From: Aulosira sp. ZfuVER01
Lineage (GTDB): Bacteria > Cyanobacteriota > Cyanobacteriia > Cyanobacteriales > Nostocaceae
Length of the DNA: 64,000 nucleotides
NCBI GenBank assembly: GCA_034530615.2
Contig: JAVRCV020000007.1
Coordinates: forward strand, 106,766-170,765
Reading direction: 5' to 3'
Shown here piece by piece: positions 1-11,656 of the stretch; position 1 is the first letter of the stretch; every line of letters starts with the position of its first letter. The position numbers were made by a program, and so were the translations under genes. The notes beneath the pieces are model-generated. The model had not been told where the DNA came from, made no database searches, and saw only the letters and a program-made list of their open reading frames with translations.

Positions 1-250
1 TCAAGTAAATCCACTTAAATATTTTAATAAACGGTAATTACTTAAGTTTTTTCATGAGAGTATCTGCATATTTTAATGTTTATTATTGTGTATACTTTCT
101 AAGTTAATCACGATTACTGAAACAACTGAGTTATAATCAACCTAAATTAATTGGCTAGTTTATTATTTAGTCTGCAAATTAATTAAAAAAATTCAGTATA
201 AATATATAATAACGCCAAAAAAACAATTTTTAACATATCCTAAAAACGTT

Positions 251-1579
251 ATGCTATTACATAGCTTGATTACGCCATTAGCATTACCAAATGACATATC
301 TGAGTTGGAATTAAAAACAGATATAGCAAAAGTTATGCTGATTGATGACCAATTAATTATTGGTGAAGCGATCGCGCGCATTCTCTCTAATGAAGCAGAT
401 ATTTCTTTCTACTATATCAGTGACTCCACTCAAGCCATGCAAAAGGCGATCGCCATTGCACCAACGGTGATTCTTTTAGATATGGTGATGCCAGATATGG
501 ATGGATTAATGCTGCTACGCTGGTTGCGTTCTCATCCAGCAACTCGTGACATTCCGATTGTTATGCTATCCAGCAAAGAAGAAGCAAAACTAAAAGCAGA
601 AGCCTTTGCTGAGGGTGCAAATGACTATCTGATCAAGTTACCTGATGCAGTTGAACTAACTGCCCGAATTAGATATCATTCCAAAGCTTACAACAACCTC
701 AAAGCACTGACTACAGCAACCGCAACGGCTCAATTACAAGCACAGCAACTAGAGCAAACTATCAAAGAATTGCAAACAGCCCAAGTGCAATTAATTCAAA
801 CTGAAAAAATGTCTAGTTTGGGTAGAATGGTTGCAGGTTTAGCTCACGAAATTAATAATCCTGTTAATTTTATTCATGGAAATTTTTGTCATTTAAATAG
901 CCATATTCAATGTCTATTAGATGTGATGAGATTTTACCAGCAAGAAGATCCTGATTTATATAATAAAGCTCAAGACCAAATAGGTGATATAAATCTTGAT
1001 TTTGTTATAGAAGACTTGCAGAAAATAATTTTATCTATGAAAATTGGCACCGATCGGATTCGAGAAATCGTGCTATCAATGCGCAACTTTTCTCGGCTCG
1101 ATCAAGCTGAAAAAAAAGCTGTAAATCTTCATGAAGGTATTGACAGTACATTATTACTATTAAATCATCGCCTCAAGCAAGAAATTCAAGTTATTAAACA
1201 ATATGGAAATTTGCCCTTAGTTGAATGTTATCCAGCACAACTTAACCAAGTATTTATGAATATTCTTAGTAATGGCATAGATGCCTTACTAGAACAAGAG
1301 GCACATCAAGATTTAAAGCAAATTATCATTAAAACTGAAGTAACTGATATAAAAACAATTCGGGTAAAAATTATAGATAACGGTTCTGGAATTTCAACAG
1401 AAATATACAATAAGATATTCGACCCTTTTTTTACAACTAAACCTGTAAATCAAGGAACTGGGCTAGGATTAGCAATTAGCTATCAAATTATCGAGAGACA
1501 TAAAGGCACTATCAAAGTCAAATCTGAAGCAGGTTATGGAACAGAGTTTGCGATTGAAATTCCCATAGCACTAGCTTAG
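251..1579 (+). CDS. Hybrid response regulator/histidine kinase (WspR-like REC + HisKA + HATPase)
   Basis: REC motifs (LIDDQ, LLDMVMP, GANDYLIK); H-box AHEINNP; N-box QVFMNILSNGIDA; DNGSGI, FDPFFTTK, GTGLGL. True start could be a later ATG. Confidence 0.9.
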   Translation: MLLHSLITPLALPNDISELELKTDIAKVMLIDDQLIIGEAIARILSNEADISFYYISDSTQAMQKAIAIAPTVILLDMVMPDMDGLMLLRWLRSHPATRDIPIVMLSSKEEAKLKAEAFAEGANDYLIKLPDAVELTARIRYHSKAYNNLKALTTATATAQLQAQQLEQTIKELQTAQVQLIQTEKMSSLGRMVAGLAHEINNPVNFIHGNFCHLNSHIQCLLDVMRFYQQEDPDLYNKAQDQIGDINLDFVIEDLQKIILSMKIGTDRIREIVLSMRNFSRLDQAEKKAVNLHEGIDSTLLLLNHRLKQEIQVIKQYGNLPLVECYPAQLNQVFMNILSNGIDALLEQEAHQDLKQIIIKTEVTDIKTIRVKIIDNGSGISTEIYNKIFDPFFTTKPVNQGTGLGLAISYQIIERHKGTIKVKSEAGYGTEFAIEIPIALA

Positions 1580-1668
1580 TAGCGGCGTGACACAGTTCAC
1601 TGAGTGCATGAGAGTCGGATCAAATTTGGTAAATTTTTTTCTTAATCAAAGTAAATGGGATAAAGAAA

Positions 1669-1896
1669 CACTCGCTTGCTTAATTTCATCACGCAACTGA
1701 ATAAAGAGATGCGTACCTTGATAAAGTATGAACAAGCGAGTGGTACTGATGATAGTGATGCCTCTCAATGCTAATCTTATGTCGGGATGTTGAATTCAAG
1801 ACTAACTACTAGGGCAAATTAACATCATCTGTGAAGCAGAGTATGAAGCTAGTGCTGATGCCCTAGACAAAGACCCTGTATGCTTTAACAACATCC
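1669..1896 (-). ncRNA. Candidate structured RNA (two long imperfect hairpins)
   Basis: CACTCGCTTG(1669)/CAAGCGAGTG(1733); GGATGTTG(1785)/CAACATCC(1889) enclosing CTAGGGCA/TGCCCTAG; G-U pairs favour the minus strand. Confidence 0.35.
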
Positions 1897-2188
1897 AGAA
1901 GTTTTTTTAGAGAACAGACAATCACCTAACAATCAGCAATAGAATAGCGATGATAGTCCAAGAGGAAACTCACCAAGTTTACCCAGAATACGCAAAATTG
2001 TAGAGTTGGCAGAATCAGGGAGCAACGATTCTTCAGTTATGAATCATGAAGTACAAACTAGGAAATTTAATCTTGAGCTTCACAATTCATAATTCCTTGG
2101 ACTTTAAATTTGGATGTCAGGATTATCTGAATTGGATTGAGTAATTATGTGCCAATTCATCTTGAGAAAAGACACATACCCACCAACC

Positions 2189-2247
2189 TATCAGCTATCA
2201 GCAGCCAATTAAACAGTTAAAAGCTGACGGCTGAATGCTGATAGCTA
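2189..2247. repeat. Inverted STRR-type heptamer repeats (TCAGCTA/TGCTGA); possible terminator of the response regulator
   Basis: tatcagctatcagcagc ... gctgacggctgaatgctgatagcta directly after the stop codon at 2249. Confidence 0.55.
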
Positions 2248-2248
2248 T

Positions 2249-2926
2249 TTAAGCCATTTGATTTTCAATCGCCCACCGCGCTAGTTCAGTGCGGTTGTGG
2301 AGATTGGTTTTGCCCAACATATTGGACACGTGGCTTTCAACGGTACGTTGACTAACATTCAATTCTTCAGCAATTTCCCGGTTGGCTAAACCCCTGGCTA
2401 CAAACTGTACTACTTTCAGTTCGGTGGGAGTTAACTGCACATCGAAGGGAACCTGGATACGAGACCCATTTTCTCCTCCTTTTGCTTGGTGTTCTTTCCA
2501 ACGGATAGTTTGCTTCAGCGAAGATTCTACTTGCGCTACGAGTTCTTCTGGTTCAAAGGGCTTGACCATATAAACGTCAGCACCTTTATTCAGACCCTTA
2601 ACTCGGTCTGCACTTTGTCCTTTAGCTGAAAGGAATAGAACGGGAATCCAGCTAGTACGTTCATTTTGCCGGACTTGTTCTACAAAAGTGTATCCGTCCA
2701 TTTCCGGCATCATCACGTCGCAGATAATCATATCTGGAACATCATGCTCTAAAATTTCCAGAGCTTCTCTTCCATTTTCGGCGGTGATGACTTCATATCC
2801 CCGGAATTCCAAGTAATCCTTCACCAGCAAGATGAGGTTAGGGTCATCATCAATCAGTAGAAGTCGTTTGTGATCTTTCATGCTGGGCTCTTTCATAGCA
2901 GTGGCACTTGTCGCGCTTCGGTCCAT
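2249..2926 (-). CDS. NarL/LuxR-family response regulator (REC + LuxR HTH)
   Basis: LIDDD, CDVMMP, KPF and LTPTELKVVQFVARGLANREIAEELNVSQRTVESHVSNML HTH. Confidence 0.93.
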   Translation of the reverse strand: MDRSATSATAMKEPSMKDHKRLLLIDDDPNLILLVKDYLEFRGYEVITAENGREALEILEHDVPDMIICDVMMPEMDGYTFVEQVRQNERTSWIPVLFLSAKGQSADRVKGLNKGADVYMVKPFEPEELVAQVESSLKQTIRWKEHQAKGGENGSRIQVPFDVQLTPTELKVVQFVARGLANREIAEELNVSQRTVESHVSNMLGKTNLHNRTELARWAIENQMA

Positions 2927-3258
2927 CAAGGTCTTGTATATTTATCCTCTATGGTGGATTATTTGAGATGTTGTCTTTTTTTCCACTTAACTTGCCTTTG
3001 CTTGTTGAAATTCTTATCAGTGATAACCACAGTTTAGAATACTACTAGCATATAGGCAATAGTCCAGTAAGGATACGTAGAGCAGTAGTAATTATAATGC
3101 GTTATTATATATCGCTTTGAAAGTGGCGGGTGAAAAAATGCTGATTAAATAATAATCCTTCCGATTCACAGGTTCAGTATTGGCTGAAGATGACCCTAGC
3201 TCAAAACCAACCACCGCTTCAGAGCGCTTACTACCTAAATACGATATCCCTCCAGATG

Positions 3259-3732
3259 TTAAGCCTCTATCAGATTTTCACAAGCAACCAGAGAAGTTTT
3301 TGGCAAAGGATGGGTTAAAAATGCATATTCTTCAACCACCATTATGCCTATCAAGTGTTCTTGGACGATCCGCTCAATCACTTCCGGGTTTGCTTGACAA
3401 TACCAGACACCATCCGGGTAAACCACCATTATCGGTCTAGAACAACAAACTCGCAAGCAATTGGCTTTAGTTCTCAAGACGCAGACGGGACTACTTTTTG
3501 GCGGTTGGTTGAGCTTGATCTGCCTCAATCGCCTTTTTAAGTATTCCCAGGATTCCAGACTAACTTGTTTTGAGCAGCAGTTGGCAACTGTCCGATCGCC
3601 ACAAAGAAAATTATGTCTTTGAATCTTTGCAAGTCCTAAAGTTTCTACACAATTACGCAGGGCTTTATTGTCTAGAGATTTAGTGGTTTTGGGGATTTTA
3701 CGGCTGCACTGGATCACTGTATTGTTACTCAT
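3259..3732 (-). CDS. Thioredoxin-like (2Fe-2S) ferredoxin
   Basis: RHxFLC...CC...RTKANCLRVC...P.MVVYPDGVWY...EHL pattern. Confidence 0.85.
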   Translation of the reverse strand: MSNNTVIQCSRKIPKTTKSLDNKALRNCVETLGLAKIQRHNFLCGDRTVANCCSKQVSLESWEYLKRRLRQIKLNQPPKSSPVCVLRTKANCLRVCCSRPIMVVYPDGVWYCQANPEVIERIVQEHLIGIMVVEEYAFLTHPLPKTSLVACENLIEA

Positions 3733-3974
3733 CGAGCTGCTCCCTGATTACAGTTCTATAACAATTTCCCCGCTTTGCAAATAAATTTGTTCATATAAAA
3801 ATATTCGTAACTTAAACAACATAACCTGAAGATTTACAATAAATAAGTATTTATACTTAAGTATATGCTTGAACGGCGTGCAGAAATAATCGATGAAAAA
3901 GGTCATTTGTTAGTGGGCATTGGGTATGGGGCAATAGTTATTTCTCCCTCATCTCCCTCATCCCTCATCCCCCA

Positions 3975-3990
3975 GTTCGGGAACCCGTAC
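3975..3990 (+). promoter_or_regulatory. K-box upstream of groESL
   Basis: GTTCGG-GAAC-CCGTAC matches the cyanobacterial K-box GTTCGG-NNAN-CCNNAC just upstream of the -35 element. Confidence 0.8.
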
Positions 3991-4001
3991 ACCAAGAATT
4001 G

Positions 4002-4031
4002 TTGCCATTGTATGCTGGTCTTCGGTAAATT
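4002..4031 (+). promoter_or_regulatory. sigma70-type promoter of groESL
   Basis: TTGCCA-N18-TAAATT, with the -10 overlapping CIRCE. Confidence 0.65.
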
Positions 4032-4056
4032 AGCACTCAGGAGTTGAGAGTGCTAA
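4030..4056 (+). promoter_or_regulatory. CIRCE element (HrcA operator)
   Basis: Perfect TTAGCACTC-N9-GAGTGCTAA. Confidence 0.97.
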
Positions 4057-4072
4057 CTCTGGAGAAATTAAT

Positions 4073-4384
4073 ATGGCAGCTGTATCTTTAAGCGTTTCTA
4101 CAGTTAAACCTTTAGGCGATCGCGTTTTCGTGAAAGTGAGCGCCTCTGAGGAAAAGACCGCAGGTGGTCTGTATTTACCCGACACCGCCAAGGAAAAGCC
4201 CCAGGTTGGGGAAGTGGTCGCTCTAGGCCCTGGTAAGCGGAATGATGACGGTTCTCGTCAAGATCCCGAAATCAAAATCGGAGACAAAGTACTGTACTCC
4301 AAGTATGCTGGCACCGATATCAAGCTCGGCACCGAAGAGTACGTCCTGCTTTCTGAAAAAGATATTTTAGCAATTGTGGCGTAA
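4073..4384 (+). CDS. groES: Co-chaperonin GroES
   Basis: [38 protein letters not shown]. Confidence 0.99.
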   Translation: MAAVSLSVSTVKPLGDRVFVKVSASEEKTAGGLYLPDTAKEKPQVGEVVALGPGKRNDDGSRQDPEIKIGDKVLYSKYAGTDIKLGTEEYVLLSEKDILAIVA

Positions 4385-4477
4385 TGGGTCTTGGTGATTG
4401 TGGCATAGTGATGCCCAATACGAGAGCGATCTATTACCAAAATTTAAAGACAAACTTGACTTAACTCCCTCAATTAG

Positions 4478-6121
<1,644 letters not shown>

Positions 6122-6144
6122 TACTTTATAGCCCCCTATTTGTC

Positions 6145-6182
6145 AAAACAGCTGCTTCCCTTGTGGAGGCGGCTGTTTTTTT
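6145..6182 (+). terminator. Intrinsic terminator of groESL
   Basis: AAAACAGCTGCTTCC-loop-GGAGGCGGCTGTTTT plus T-run. Confidence 0.85.
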
Positions 6183-6243
6183 GTCTTATTAAATCGCAGA
6201 ATTATAGTAATAAATTAATATCGCATAAAAATCTGAAAATCAC

Positions 6244-7050
6244 TTGAGTTACGACAACGCTTGTAAATATTTAGCTGAACAGTACCCAGCAGATTTTGTG
6301 CGCTGGTTACTAGGAGTAGACGCGCCACAAATTGAAATCTTAAAAACTGAACTGACACTAGAACAAATTCGTGCAGATTCTGTGACATTTCTGCAAGCAG
6401 CTAACAAAATTTTACATATCGAATTTCAAACATTAACGATATCCGATCCGCCACTTAACTTCCGAATGCTCGATTATTCGGTGAGGTTAAAGCGTCAATA
6501 TCGATGTCCTGTAACCCAAGTAATCATCTTTTTACAGGAAACTACTAACGAAATGGCTTTTGCTGAAGAATATCGAGACGACACAACAATTCATCAATAT
6601 CGGGTAGTTAGATTATGGGAGCAAGATTCAGCAGCGTTTTTGGCAAATCCTGCACTGTTACCTCTAGCAACATTAACCAGAACTGAATCACCTCAAGGAC
6701 TGCTTGCACAAGTTGCCGAACGAGTCGCTACAATTCCAAATAGAGAGCAGCGACAAAATATAGCTGGTTGTATAGAGATTTTGGCTGGATTGCGGTTTGA
6801 GAAGGATTTAGTTCAGCAATTTTTACGGGAGGATATTATGAAAGAATCTGTAATTTATCAAGATATCGTTCAAAAAGAAGCATTGAAATTGATTAGCCGT
6901 ATGCTTAAACGGCGTTTTGGCGATATTGATGCATCATTATTTGAACAAGTTCGGAATTTATCTGCTGAACATTTAGAAGATTTAGGAGAAGCGTTGTTTG
7001 ATTTCTCTGAATTTGCTGATTTGGTAGCTTGGTTAGAAGAGCATAATTAA
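6244..7050 (+). CDS. Rpn-family PD-(D/E)xK nuclease-like protein with C-terminal DUF4351
   Basis: YDNACKYLAE, IRADS, LHIEFQT, RMLDY, NPALLPLA; C-terminal RRFG...LEDLGEALFDF. TTG start. Confidence 0.85.
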   Translation: MSYDNACKYLAEQYPADFVRWLLGVDAPQIEILKTELTLEQIRADSVTFLQAANKILHIEFQTLTISDPPLNFRMLDYSVRLKRQYRCPVTQVIIFLQETTNEMAFAEEYRDDTTIHQYRVVRLWEQDSAAFLANPALLPLATLTRTESPQGLLAQVAERVATIPNREQRQNIAGCIEILAGLRFEKDLVQQFLREDIMKESVIYQDIVQKEALKLISRMLKRRFGDIDASLFEQVRNLSAEHLEDLGEALFDFSEFADLVAWLEEHN

Positions 7051-7082
7051 AATGCTCATTTAAATACAAGTATTTGCGTATT

Positions 7083-7748
7083 ATGTCAAAGTTAACAGAA
7101 ACTTTAGATAAAATTCTGAATTGGTTAGAAGAACATGAAGATTTAGACTTTGCTCGGTTTGAATCATTACAACCTGGACTTACATATAAAGAAATTGAAC
7201 AAAAATTAACTGATTTATTACCTTTGCGGTTACCCAAAGAAGTTTATGAACTTTATCAATGGGGTAATGGTGCTTGGTACGACGAGGAAGATTGGGCACG
7301 ATTTTTTGATAATCGGACTTTTCTTTCTTTAGAATCTGCGCTGGATATGTATTTTGGTTTAACAAAATTAGATAAAGAAGCAGATAAATTGGAATTTCCA
7401 TCTATGTGGAGTGATACTTGGAATACTCGATGGTTTCCGATTTTCCAAGAACAATATAATACAGGTTTTTATGCAGTTGTTCTTGATGAAGCACAAAAAG
7501 AAACAACGCCAGTATTAGATATATTTTTGGAAGATTGTGATGATGAGCCTTTTATCATCTATCCAAGCATAACTAAAATGATACTTGCAGAAGCAGAGCT
7601 TTATGAATCCGGTTATTACTTGCAGAAAGCTGAACTCAAACAGTTAAGCTATGACTTGCAATCAAGATATAGATCAGCTTTAGATGAAGAGGCAAAATAT
7701 ATTCGCCAAAAATATCAAGATATGCACATCAAGGTTTGGCGACAATAA
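7083..7748 (+). CDS. SMI1/KNR4 (SUKH) family protein
   Basis: LQPGLTYKEIE...RLPKEVYELYQWGNG...FLSLE...WFPIF; AT-rich. Confidence 0.8.
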   Translation: MSKLTETLDKILNWLEEHEDLDFARFESLQPGLTYKEIEQKLTDLLPLRLPKEVYELYQWGNGAWYDEEDWARFFDNRTFLSLESALDMYFGLTKLDKEADKLEFPSMWSDTWNTRWFPIFQEQYNTGFYAVVLDEAQKETTPVLDIFLEDCDDEPFIIYPSITKMILAEAELYESGYYLQKAELKQLSYDLQSRYRSALDEEAKYIRQKYQDMHIKVWRQ

Positions 7749-7892
7749 AAACTAACAAGCACAGTATTTTTACAAAAAAATCAATAGCTGGTTAACATAC
7801 TTAATCTTTCACTTCGTGCAAAAACACTCAGAAAAAACTTTGCGCCTCTGCGCCTTTGCGTGAGATTATTATCCCTGCTGCTACACAAGATA

Positions 7893-8738
7893 ATGAGTGA
7901 AATTCTAGAAAAAGAAGTTTCTAATACTTGGCATGGCAAACTTAATTTAGTCTACGCCGATCGCCTAAATACCACCCAGCTAATTTACAATCACCAGCAA
8001 GCACCGCTAAAGGTACAGCGTCCGTTTTATCCCGAAGGCGAAAAAGTCTGTCACAGCGTCATTTTACATACGGCTGGGGGAGTCGTGGGAGGCGATCGCC
8101 TTTCTCTCAATTTCCACCTCCAACCCCACGCACAAGCATTAATCACTACAGCTGCCGCTAGTAAGATATACCGCAGCAATGGACTGCAAGCGAGACAAAC
8201 CATTGAGATTCAAGTTGATGCTGGCGCTTGTTTGGAATGGCTACCCCAAGAAACAATTTTGTTTAACAGTGCGATTTATCGGCAAGATTTACGGGTAGAA
8301 TTAGCAACCGGAGCTAGTTGGTTAGGCTGGGAAATTACGCGATTAGGGCGCAGTGCGAGAGGAGAAAAGTTTTTGCAAGGAGAATGGCGATCGCATACCG
8401 AAATTTGGCAGCAAGGTGTTCCCTTGTGGATCGATCGGCAATATTTACCGGGTAGTGAAGAAGTTTTCCACAGTCCTCACGGCTTGGCTGGACAACCAAT
8501 AGTAGGTAGTCTGGTTTGGGTTGGTAATCCAGTTGAATCGGAAATAGTGAAAAAAGCACGCAGTTTATGGCATGGTGCAGGAGAGGTGGGAGTGTCGCGA
8601 CTACAACATGGACTTTTATGTAGATATCGCGGTGCTTCCACATCTGAGGTGAGAAACTGGTTTACGGCTGTTTGGCAAATGCTACGAGTTGAGTTTTTGA
8701 GTCGTGGTAGCTGTATACCAAGAGTTTGGCAGGTTTGA
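7893..8738 (+). CDS. ureD: Urease accessory protein UreD
   Basis: [32 protein letters not shown]; upstream of ureA. Confidence 0.96.
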   Translation: MSEILEKEVSNTWHGKLNLVYADRLNTTQLIYNHQQAPLKVQRPFYPEGEKVCHSVILHTAGGVVGGDRLSLNFHLQPHAQALITTAAASKIYRSNGLQARQTIEIQVDAGACLEWLPQETILFNSAIYRQDLRVELATGASWLGWEITRLGRSARGEKFLQGEWRSHTEIWQQGVPLWIDRQYLPGSEEVFHSPHGLAGQPIVGSLVWVGNPVESEIVKKARSLWHGAGEVGVSRLQHGLLCRYRGASTSEVRNWFTAVWQMLRVEFLSRGSCIPRVWQV

Positions 8739-8760
8739 ACGAACCGCAGAGGAGGACGAA

Positions 8761-9063
8761 ATGCAACTTACGCCGCAGGAAAAAGATAAGTTGTTAATTT
8801 TTACTGCTGCTTTATTGGCAGAAAGACGTAAGGAAAGAGGTTTGAAGTTAAATTATCCTGAAGCAGTTGCTTATATTTCTGCTGCGATTTTAGAAGGTGC
8901 GAGAGATGGGCAAACTGTTGCAGAATTGATGAGTTATGGCACAACTTTGTTAACGCGAGATGATGTCATGGAAGGTGTGCCGGAAATGGTGCATGAAGTG
9001 CAGGTGGAAGCAACTTTTCCTGATGGCACAAAGTTGGTAACTGTACATAATCCGATTCGTTAA
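8761..9063 (+). CDS. ureA: Urease gamma subunit
   Basis: [12 protein letters not shown]...[25 protein letters not shown]. Confidence 0.99.
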   Translation: MQLTPQEKDKLLIFTAALLAERRKERGLKLNYPEAVAYISAAILEGARDGQTVAELMSYGTTLLTRDDVMEGVPEMVHEVQVEATFPDGTKLVTVHNPIR

Positions 9064-9081
9064 TATGCAAAGGAGTAAAAT

Positions 9082-9387
9082 ATGATTCCAGGGGAAATTA
9101 TTACGCAAGATGGAGAAATTGAATTAAATGCTGGTCGTGAAACTATTAAACTACTAGTAGCAAATACAGGCGATCGCCCAATTCAAGTCGGTTCGCATTT
9201 TCACTTTTTTGAAGTTAACTCCGCCTTAAACTTTGAGCGAGAACAAGCGCGAGGAATGCGCCTCGATATTCCCGCCGGGACAGCTGTCCGTTTTGAACCA
9301 GGCGATGAAAAGGAAATTAATCTCGTCCCGCTTGTTGGGAGTCGTCAGGTTTATGGGTTTAATGGCAGAGTTAATGGAGGACTGTAA
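9082..9387 (+). CDS. ureB: Urease beta subunit
   Basis: MIPGEI...[17 protein letters not shown]...RFEPG. Confidence 0.99.
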   Translation: MIPGEIITQDGEIELNAGRETIKLLVANTGDRPIQVGSHFHFFEVNSALNFEREQARGMRLDIPAGTAVRFEPGDEKEINLVPLVGSRQVYGFNGRVNGGL

Positions 9388-9398
9388 GGAAGAGATTT

Positions 9399-9864
9399 TT
9401 AACGCAGAGGGGCGCAAAGGGAAACGCAAAGGTACGCGGAGTTAGAGTTTGTTTGCTACACGCTTGATGCCTTGTTTGAGGTGGAGAACGTTAAAGTTGA
9501 GAATCAGACCGAGTTTACAATTTGTGAGTTTCAGATAAGTTAAAAGTTGTACGGAGTGAATTGGGTGAATAGATTCTACAGATTTAACTTCAATAATTAC
9601 TTTATTTTCTACTATTAAATCTAATCGATATACACAATCTAATTCAACTTTTTCATACACAAGCGGTATTGGAACTTGTTTACTAACATGAAATCCCCTC
9701 TTCTTCAATTCGTAATACAAACACTCCTCATAAGCTGACTCCAACAACCCTGGCCCCAACGCCGTATGCACTCTCATCCCACAACCAATTATCGCCCCAC
9801 TTAAATCATTCTCATCCATCCTCCGCGAACCTTTGCGCCTACCTTCGCGCTCCTTTGCGTTTAA
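9399..9864 (-). mobile_element. Inverted-repeat-bounded GxxExxY cassette inserted between ureB and ureC
   Basis: IRs at 9401-9441 and 9821-9861 (34/41 identical by hand alignment) abut the ORF stop and start. Confidence 0.6.
9442..9819 (-). CDS. GxxExxY protein (PD-(D/E)xK nuclease superfamily)
   Basis: [46 protein letters not shown]. Confidence 0.93.
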   Translation of the reverse strand: MDENDLSGAIIGCGMRVHTALGPGLLESAYEECLYYELKKRGFHVSKQVPIPLVYEKVELDCVYRLDLIVENKVIIEVKSVESIHPIHSVQLLTYLKLTNCKLGLILNFNVLHLKQGIKRVANKL

Positions 9865-9898
9865 ACTCGATTCTAACCTCACTTACAAGGAATGTAAT

Positions 9899-11614
9899 AT
9901 GCCTTACAAAATGTCTCGCCGTGCCTACGCAGAAACTTATGGGCCAACAGTAGGCGATCGCGTCCGGCTTGCTGATACAGAATTATTTATCGAAGTAGAA
10001 CAAGATTTCACCACCTACGGCGATGAGGTGAAATTTGGTGGCGGTAAAGTAATCCGTGATGGGATGGGACAATCCCCGATTTCTAACGCTGATGGTGCTG
10101 TAGATTTAGTAATTACAAATGCTTTAATTCTTGATTGGTGGGGTGTAGTTAAAGCCGATATTGGTATTAAAGACGGCAAGATTTTTAAAATTGGTAAAGC
10201 GGGAAATCCTTATATTCAAAATAATGTAGATATTATTATTGGCCCGGGAACCGAAGCCTTAGCAGGGGAAGGTATGATTCTCACGGCTGGCGGAATTGAT
10301 AGCCATATTCATTTTATTTGTCCGCAGCAGATAGAAGTTGCGATCGCCTCCGGTATTACGACGATGATTGGCGGTGGTACTGGCCCAGCTACAGGTACGA
10401 ACGCCACTACCTGCACCCCCGGCCCTTGGAATATGTACCGGATGTTGCAAGCTGCTGATGCTTTTCCTGTGAACTTGGGATTTTTAGGTAAAGGTAACGC
10501 CAGCCAACCCCAAGGACTTATTGAACAAGTAGCGGCTGGTGCAATCGGGTTAAAGCTGCATGAAGACTGGGGAACTACACCCGCAACCATTGACACTTGT
10601 CTCAGCATAGCTGATGAATATGATGTCCAGGTGGCAATTCACACCGACACCCTCAACGAAGCCGGATTTGTCGAAGATACGATCGCAGCTTTTAAAAATC
10701 GTGCCATCCACACCTACCATACTGAAGGTGCAGGCGGTGGACACGCGCCAGATATTATCAAAGTTTGTGGCGAGGCGAATGTTCTCCCATCTTCCACCAA
10801 CCCCACACGCCCTTACACCCTCAACACTTTAGACGAACACCTGGATATGTTGATGGTATGCCATCACCTCGATCCAGCGATCGCGGAAGATGTGGCCTTT
10901 GCCGAATCCCGTATCCGTAGAGAAACAATCGCCGCCGAAGATATTTTGCACGACTTAGGTGCATTTAGCATGATTTCTTCTGATTCTCAAGCGATGGGAA
11001 GAGTAGGGGAAGTAATAATTCGCACCTGGCAGACATCTCATAAAATGAAGGTGCAACGGGGAATCCTTAACCCACAAACAGAAGAACAAAGGGCTGATAA
11101 TTTTCGAGCAAAAAGGTATGTTGCTAAGTACACCATAAACCCAGCCATTACCCACGGAATTGCTCAGTATGTGGGGTCAGTAGAAGAAGGGAAACTTGCA
11201 GATTTATGTTTATGGCAACCAGCGTTTTTTGGCGTGAAGCCAGAGATAGTTATTAAAGGTGGAATGATTGCATGGTCGCAAATGGGCGACGCTAACGCCA
11301 GCATTCCCACACCGCAACCAGTACACATGCGACCGATGTTTGGTAGCTTTGCTGGAGCGCGTCATGCTACATCATTAACTTTTGTTTCTCAAGCGGCGTT
11401 AGAAAAGGATATTCCCAGTCAGTTAGGTTTGCAAAAATCGGCCGTTGCAGTTTCCGGGACACGCCAATTAAGTAAACGGGATTTAAAGCTGAATGATGCG
11501 CTACCTCAGATTGAAGTAGATCCAGAAACCTATGAAGTCAGGGCCGATGGCGAATTGTTGATTTGTGAACCTGCGACAGTTTTACCAATGGCCCAAAGAT
11601 ACTTTTTGTTCTAG
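9899..11614 (+). CDS. ureC: Urease alpha subunit
   Basis: [44 protein letters not shown]. Confidence 0.99.
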   Translation: MPYKMSRRAYAETYGPTVGDRVRLADTELFIEVEQDFTTYGDEVKFGGGKVIRDGMGQSPISNADGAVDLVITNALILDWWGVVKADIGIKDGKIFKIGKAGNPYIQNNVDIIIGPGTEALAGEGMILTAGGIDSHIHFICPQQIEVAIASGITTMIGGGTGPATGTNATTCTPGPWNMYRMLQAADAFPVNLGFLGKGNASQPQGLIEQVAAGAIGLKLHEDWGTTPATIDTCLSIADEYDVQVAIHTDTLNEAGFVEDTIAAFKNRAIHTYHTEGAGGGHAPDIIKVCGEANVLPSSTNPTRPYTLNTLDEHLDMLMVCHHLDPAIAEDVAFAESRIRRETIAAEDILHDLGAFSMISSDSQAMGRVGEVIIRTWQTSHKMKVQRGILNPQTEEQRADNFRAKRYVAKYTINPAITHGIAQYVGSVEEGKLADLCLWQPAFFGVKPEIVIKGGMIAWSQMGDANASIPTPQPVHMRPMFGSFAGARHATSLTFVSQAALEKDIPSQLGLQKSAVAVSGTRQLSKRDLKLNDALPQIEVDPETYEVRADGELLICEPATVLPMAQRYFLF

Positions 11615-11656
11615 TTCATGACCAAATAATAACTAATTCGGAATTTTGAATTGGTG

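Noticed and set aside
9820..9898. N-terminal extensions of GxxExxY (to 9882) and UreC (from 9833)
   Set aside because: They are read through the inverted repeat; family-typical starts are at 9819 and 9899.
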